Shown: positions 63,003 through 64,000 of the stretch, piece by piece
Layout of the letters: every line of letters starts with the position of its first letter
Numbering within the stretch: the stretch's first letter is position 1
The notes under the pieces: generated by a model
The model's input: the letters and a program-made list of their open reading frames with translations, nothing else
Database searches by the model: none
Told to the model about the DNA's origin: nothing
Translations under genes and position numbers: made by a program
Assembly: GCA_051294375.1 (NCBI GenBank)
Contig: CM119265.1
Span: forward strand, 11,905,818-11,969,817
Length of the DNA stretch: 64,000 nucleotides
Reading direction: 5' to 3'
DNA from: Paraspadella gotoi
Lineage: Eukaryota; Animalia; Chaetognatha

Positions 63003-64000
63003 TCATGTTTACCGTATTTTTAACGCATAGAAATTTACCTGGGAAGTTCTAAGTGATAAGAAGGAGATAACTTGAACGACCGTTTTTTTAAATGAAGTAA
63101 AGCTTCATACTAACCAATGAGATCAAGAAAGATGGTAATTATTGAAGTTCAGGATTTCGTTGTCTAAAAGAGTCTGATTGTATGCGAAACCAATAATAAT
63201 TTTCATTTTGGTTCCTCGCAATTTTTGCACTAGTAGCGGCATAAATACATCATTCTCTTTATATTTGCAAGGGCTTTTAGAAGATAATATTATTGATATT
63301 ATTTTATTCAATATTTTTTAAAGCTTAGTGAAAGATGGAGAAAAAAATATATGAGTTTTATAATGAGAGATGGTTTTCAAATCTACACATGTGGTTTAAA
63401 CTTTGAACCCCCTACTATCTTGCTTATTTGTCATCCTATTAATTAACACTTAGGTTTATTTAAAAGCCAAAACATAGATATTTTATTCAAGCCTATGACG
63501 AGGTTTTTAGGCTATATATTATGCGGGAGGTCCAGCTCTTTTGAAATTAACTTAAGAAAATGAATAAAAATTAGTACACTTATAAAAAGTTATAAGGAAA
63601 ACAAAAAAAATAGAAAAAGTTCACATTTGGCAACCATGAGCAGTGTTCAGATAAGGCGGCATATGCTTTTGAGACTGTACCCATTATTGTCATTTTTGTT
63701 TATTATTATTTTTGCTAAACATGCCTTTCAAAATAACAAAAATAAAGATTGGCTAATGAAACTACGTTGTAGGTGGTACACTTTGTTGCCGGAACAAAGA
63801 AAATTTATTAGTATCATAATATAAATATGGAGTACATGGTGACAATTTTACAAGCGCCGGTAGAAATACGCTGTCATTTGCAAACCAGTGGTTATTTCAT
63901 TGATTTTAAAAATTAGTTGAGTAGAACATATTAAAGTCATTTATGTGTTCAAATTTTATATTGATCAGTTAAGATATGCCTTGGCAATGAGTGGAGAAAG

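Overview
AT-rich eukaryotic (invertebrate animal-like) genomic scaffold with two N gaps; the organism cannot be named from the sequence alone. Six + strand genes: FGFR1OP2/SIKE-like, a Roquin (RC3H) with an intronless CDS, TMEM14, QRSL1/GatA with a 10.8-kb intron full of transposable elements, a START-only CERT-like gene and MPDU1. The last exon of a PARP1/2-like gene is on the - strand. The rest is mobile DNA: Helentron/DINE-1-like elements with satellites, Tc1/mariner and hAT non-autonomous elements, solo LTRs with 5-bp target-site duplications (TSDs), Penelope fragments with hammerhead motifs, and a frameshifted DIRS retrotransposon. The main finding is four sequence-divergent families of ~235-280-bp LTRs at 8 insertion sites. 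Three sites are tiny two-LTR TRIMs with a tRNA-Trp-like primer-binding site, and seven of the eight have exact 4-bp TSDs. All four families share one architecture: a tRNA-like Pol III-type head followed directly by a circularly permuted (type-P5) twister ribozyme fold whose stems and pseudoknot co-vary between families. This looks like an animal LTR-retrozyme system that uses twister rather than hammerhead ribozymes. All structures were folded by eye; ribozyme activity and novelty are untested.
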